Assembly: GCF_001194135.2 (NCBI RefSeq)
Contig: NC_068991.1
Location: 42,924,708-42,988,707, forward strand
From: Octopus bimaculoides
Lineage: Eukaryota
Length of the DNA: 64,000 nucleotides
Direction: 5' to 3'
Positions 63,155 through 64,000 of this stretch are shown in pieces (the first letter of the stretch is position 1; each line of letters begins with the position of its first letter). The notes beneath the pieces were generated by a model. That model worked only from the letters and a program-made list of their open reading frames with translations. It made no database searches and had not been told where the DNA came from. The position numbers and the translations under genes are program-made.

Positions 63155-64000
63155 TCTTTAACAAGAAAAGTACTGACTATAACTTTGAAGTTTCAACCAG
63201 CTAACCCATCAACATGACTACATATATGTACAAATTTGTATAAAGTATTTTCTGTTTTTTAGCACTCTTGATTTTCCCAATTCTTTGAATCATGAAATGG
63301 AATTCACCTCCATTTTAGCTTCTTTTTTTTTAGCTTTTTTTCTTTTATCATACAAGTTTATTTCTGTGGCTTCTAAATACAGTCTCGTCAATCTACCCTA
63401 GTATATTATTGGTTGATTTATCTTAAGCAGGATGAATGACAGGATTTGATTTTGAACTAGTCAATTTTTCCTTATCTTCATAAATCTAAGTATGACCAAG
63501 TAATTAAGAAGTTTGCTTTGAAATTATGAAATCCCAAATTCAATCCCACTGGATTGTACCATTGGCTAGTGTTTTTTACCATGACCTTGGGTAGAGCTAG
63601 TACATGGAAGTCTAGGTGAAACCCCTCTACCAGATAGATTGTGCTTAATATTTAAATGCTCAGCCTTGTCACATATTGTATCATCCTGATTCAATCTAAG
63701 AATTATGTTATGAGTACATGTGAATACTCAACCACTGACATGTTAATTTGATGAATAGTTGAAGATGATCAAATAGTTGAATGTTCTTCATCAAAACCAG
63801 TAGGATGGGATTTCAAAGTTCCAGCAGAGGTATTGAAATCACAGATTAACCCTATTGGGAAACCCCGACCAATTGATCAACCCAAATGATAGAAGCTGAA
63901 AGGACTTTGCAGCCAATCCATAGGCCTGATGGAACAACTGTTGTGAATGGTTGGTTTTGAAGTGTAATAGCCAATCAAAGATCATCTTTCAATAGATGTA

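Noticed and set aside
63780-64000. Slightly GC-richer terminal segment as a coding exon
   Set aside because: Stops occur in all three plus frames and there is no recognisable motif.

Overview
AT-rich, microsatellite-dense animal genomic DNA with six N-gaps. The repeat families suggest an octopus or other coleoid cephalopod (inference from recalled repeat families, not a database hit). The only host gene I can support is an Ena/VASP-family actin regulator on the + strand. Two 166-nt coding exons (3084-3249 and 29033-29198) encode its EVH1 domain and are separated by a 25.8-kb intron; no further exon is recognisable in the remaining 34.8 kb. The rest is intronic and full of decayed mobile DNA: several RTE-clade LINE copies, tRNA-derived SINEs, a TTAA-flanked piggyBac-type MITE family, four Tc1/mariner-superfamily remnants (two DD34D, one DD37D, one pogo/Tigger), a Gypsy internal region, two R4/Dong-like REL LINE remnants, a Penelope-like element and a 741-bp foldback element. 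Three observations stand out. (1) A 732-bp insertion with an 11-bp target-site duplication (60789-61520) joins a retroposon head-to-head with the 5' end of 18S rRNA, as expected from twin priming on two different RNAs. (2) A type I hammerhead-ribozyme fold lies at the 3' end of the Penelope-like element (52153-52219, minus strand). (3) Several long inverted repeats in the Ena intron could form dsRNA in the pre-mRNA. No intact transposase or reverse-transcriptase ORF, CRISPR array, or full-length rRNA/tRNA gene is present.
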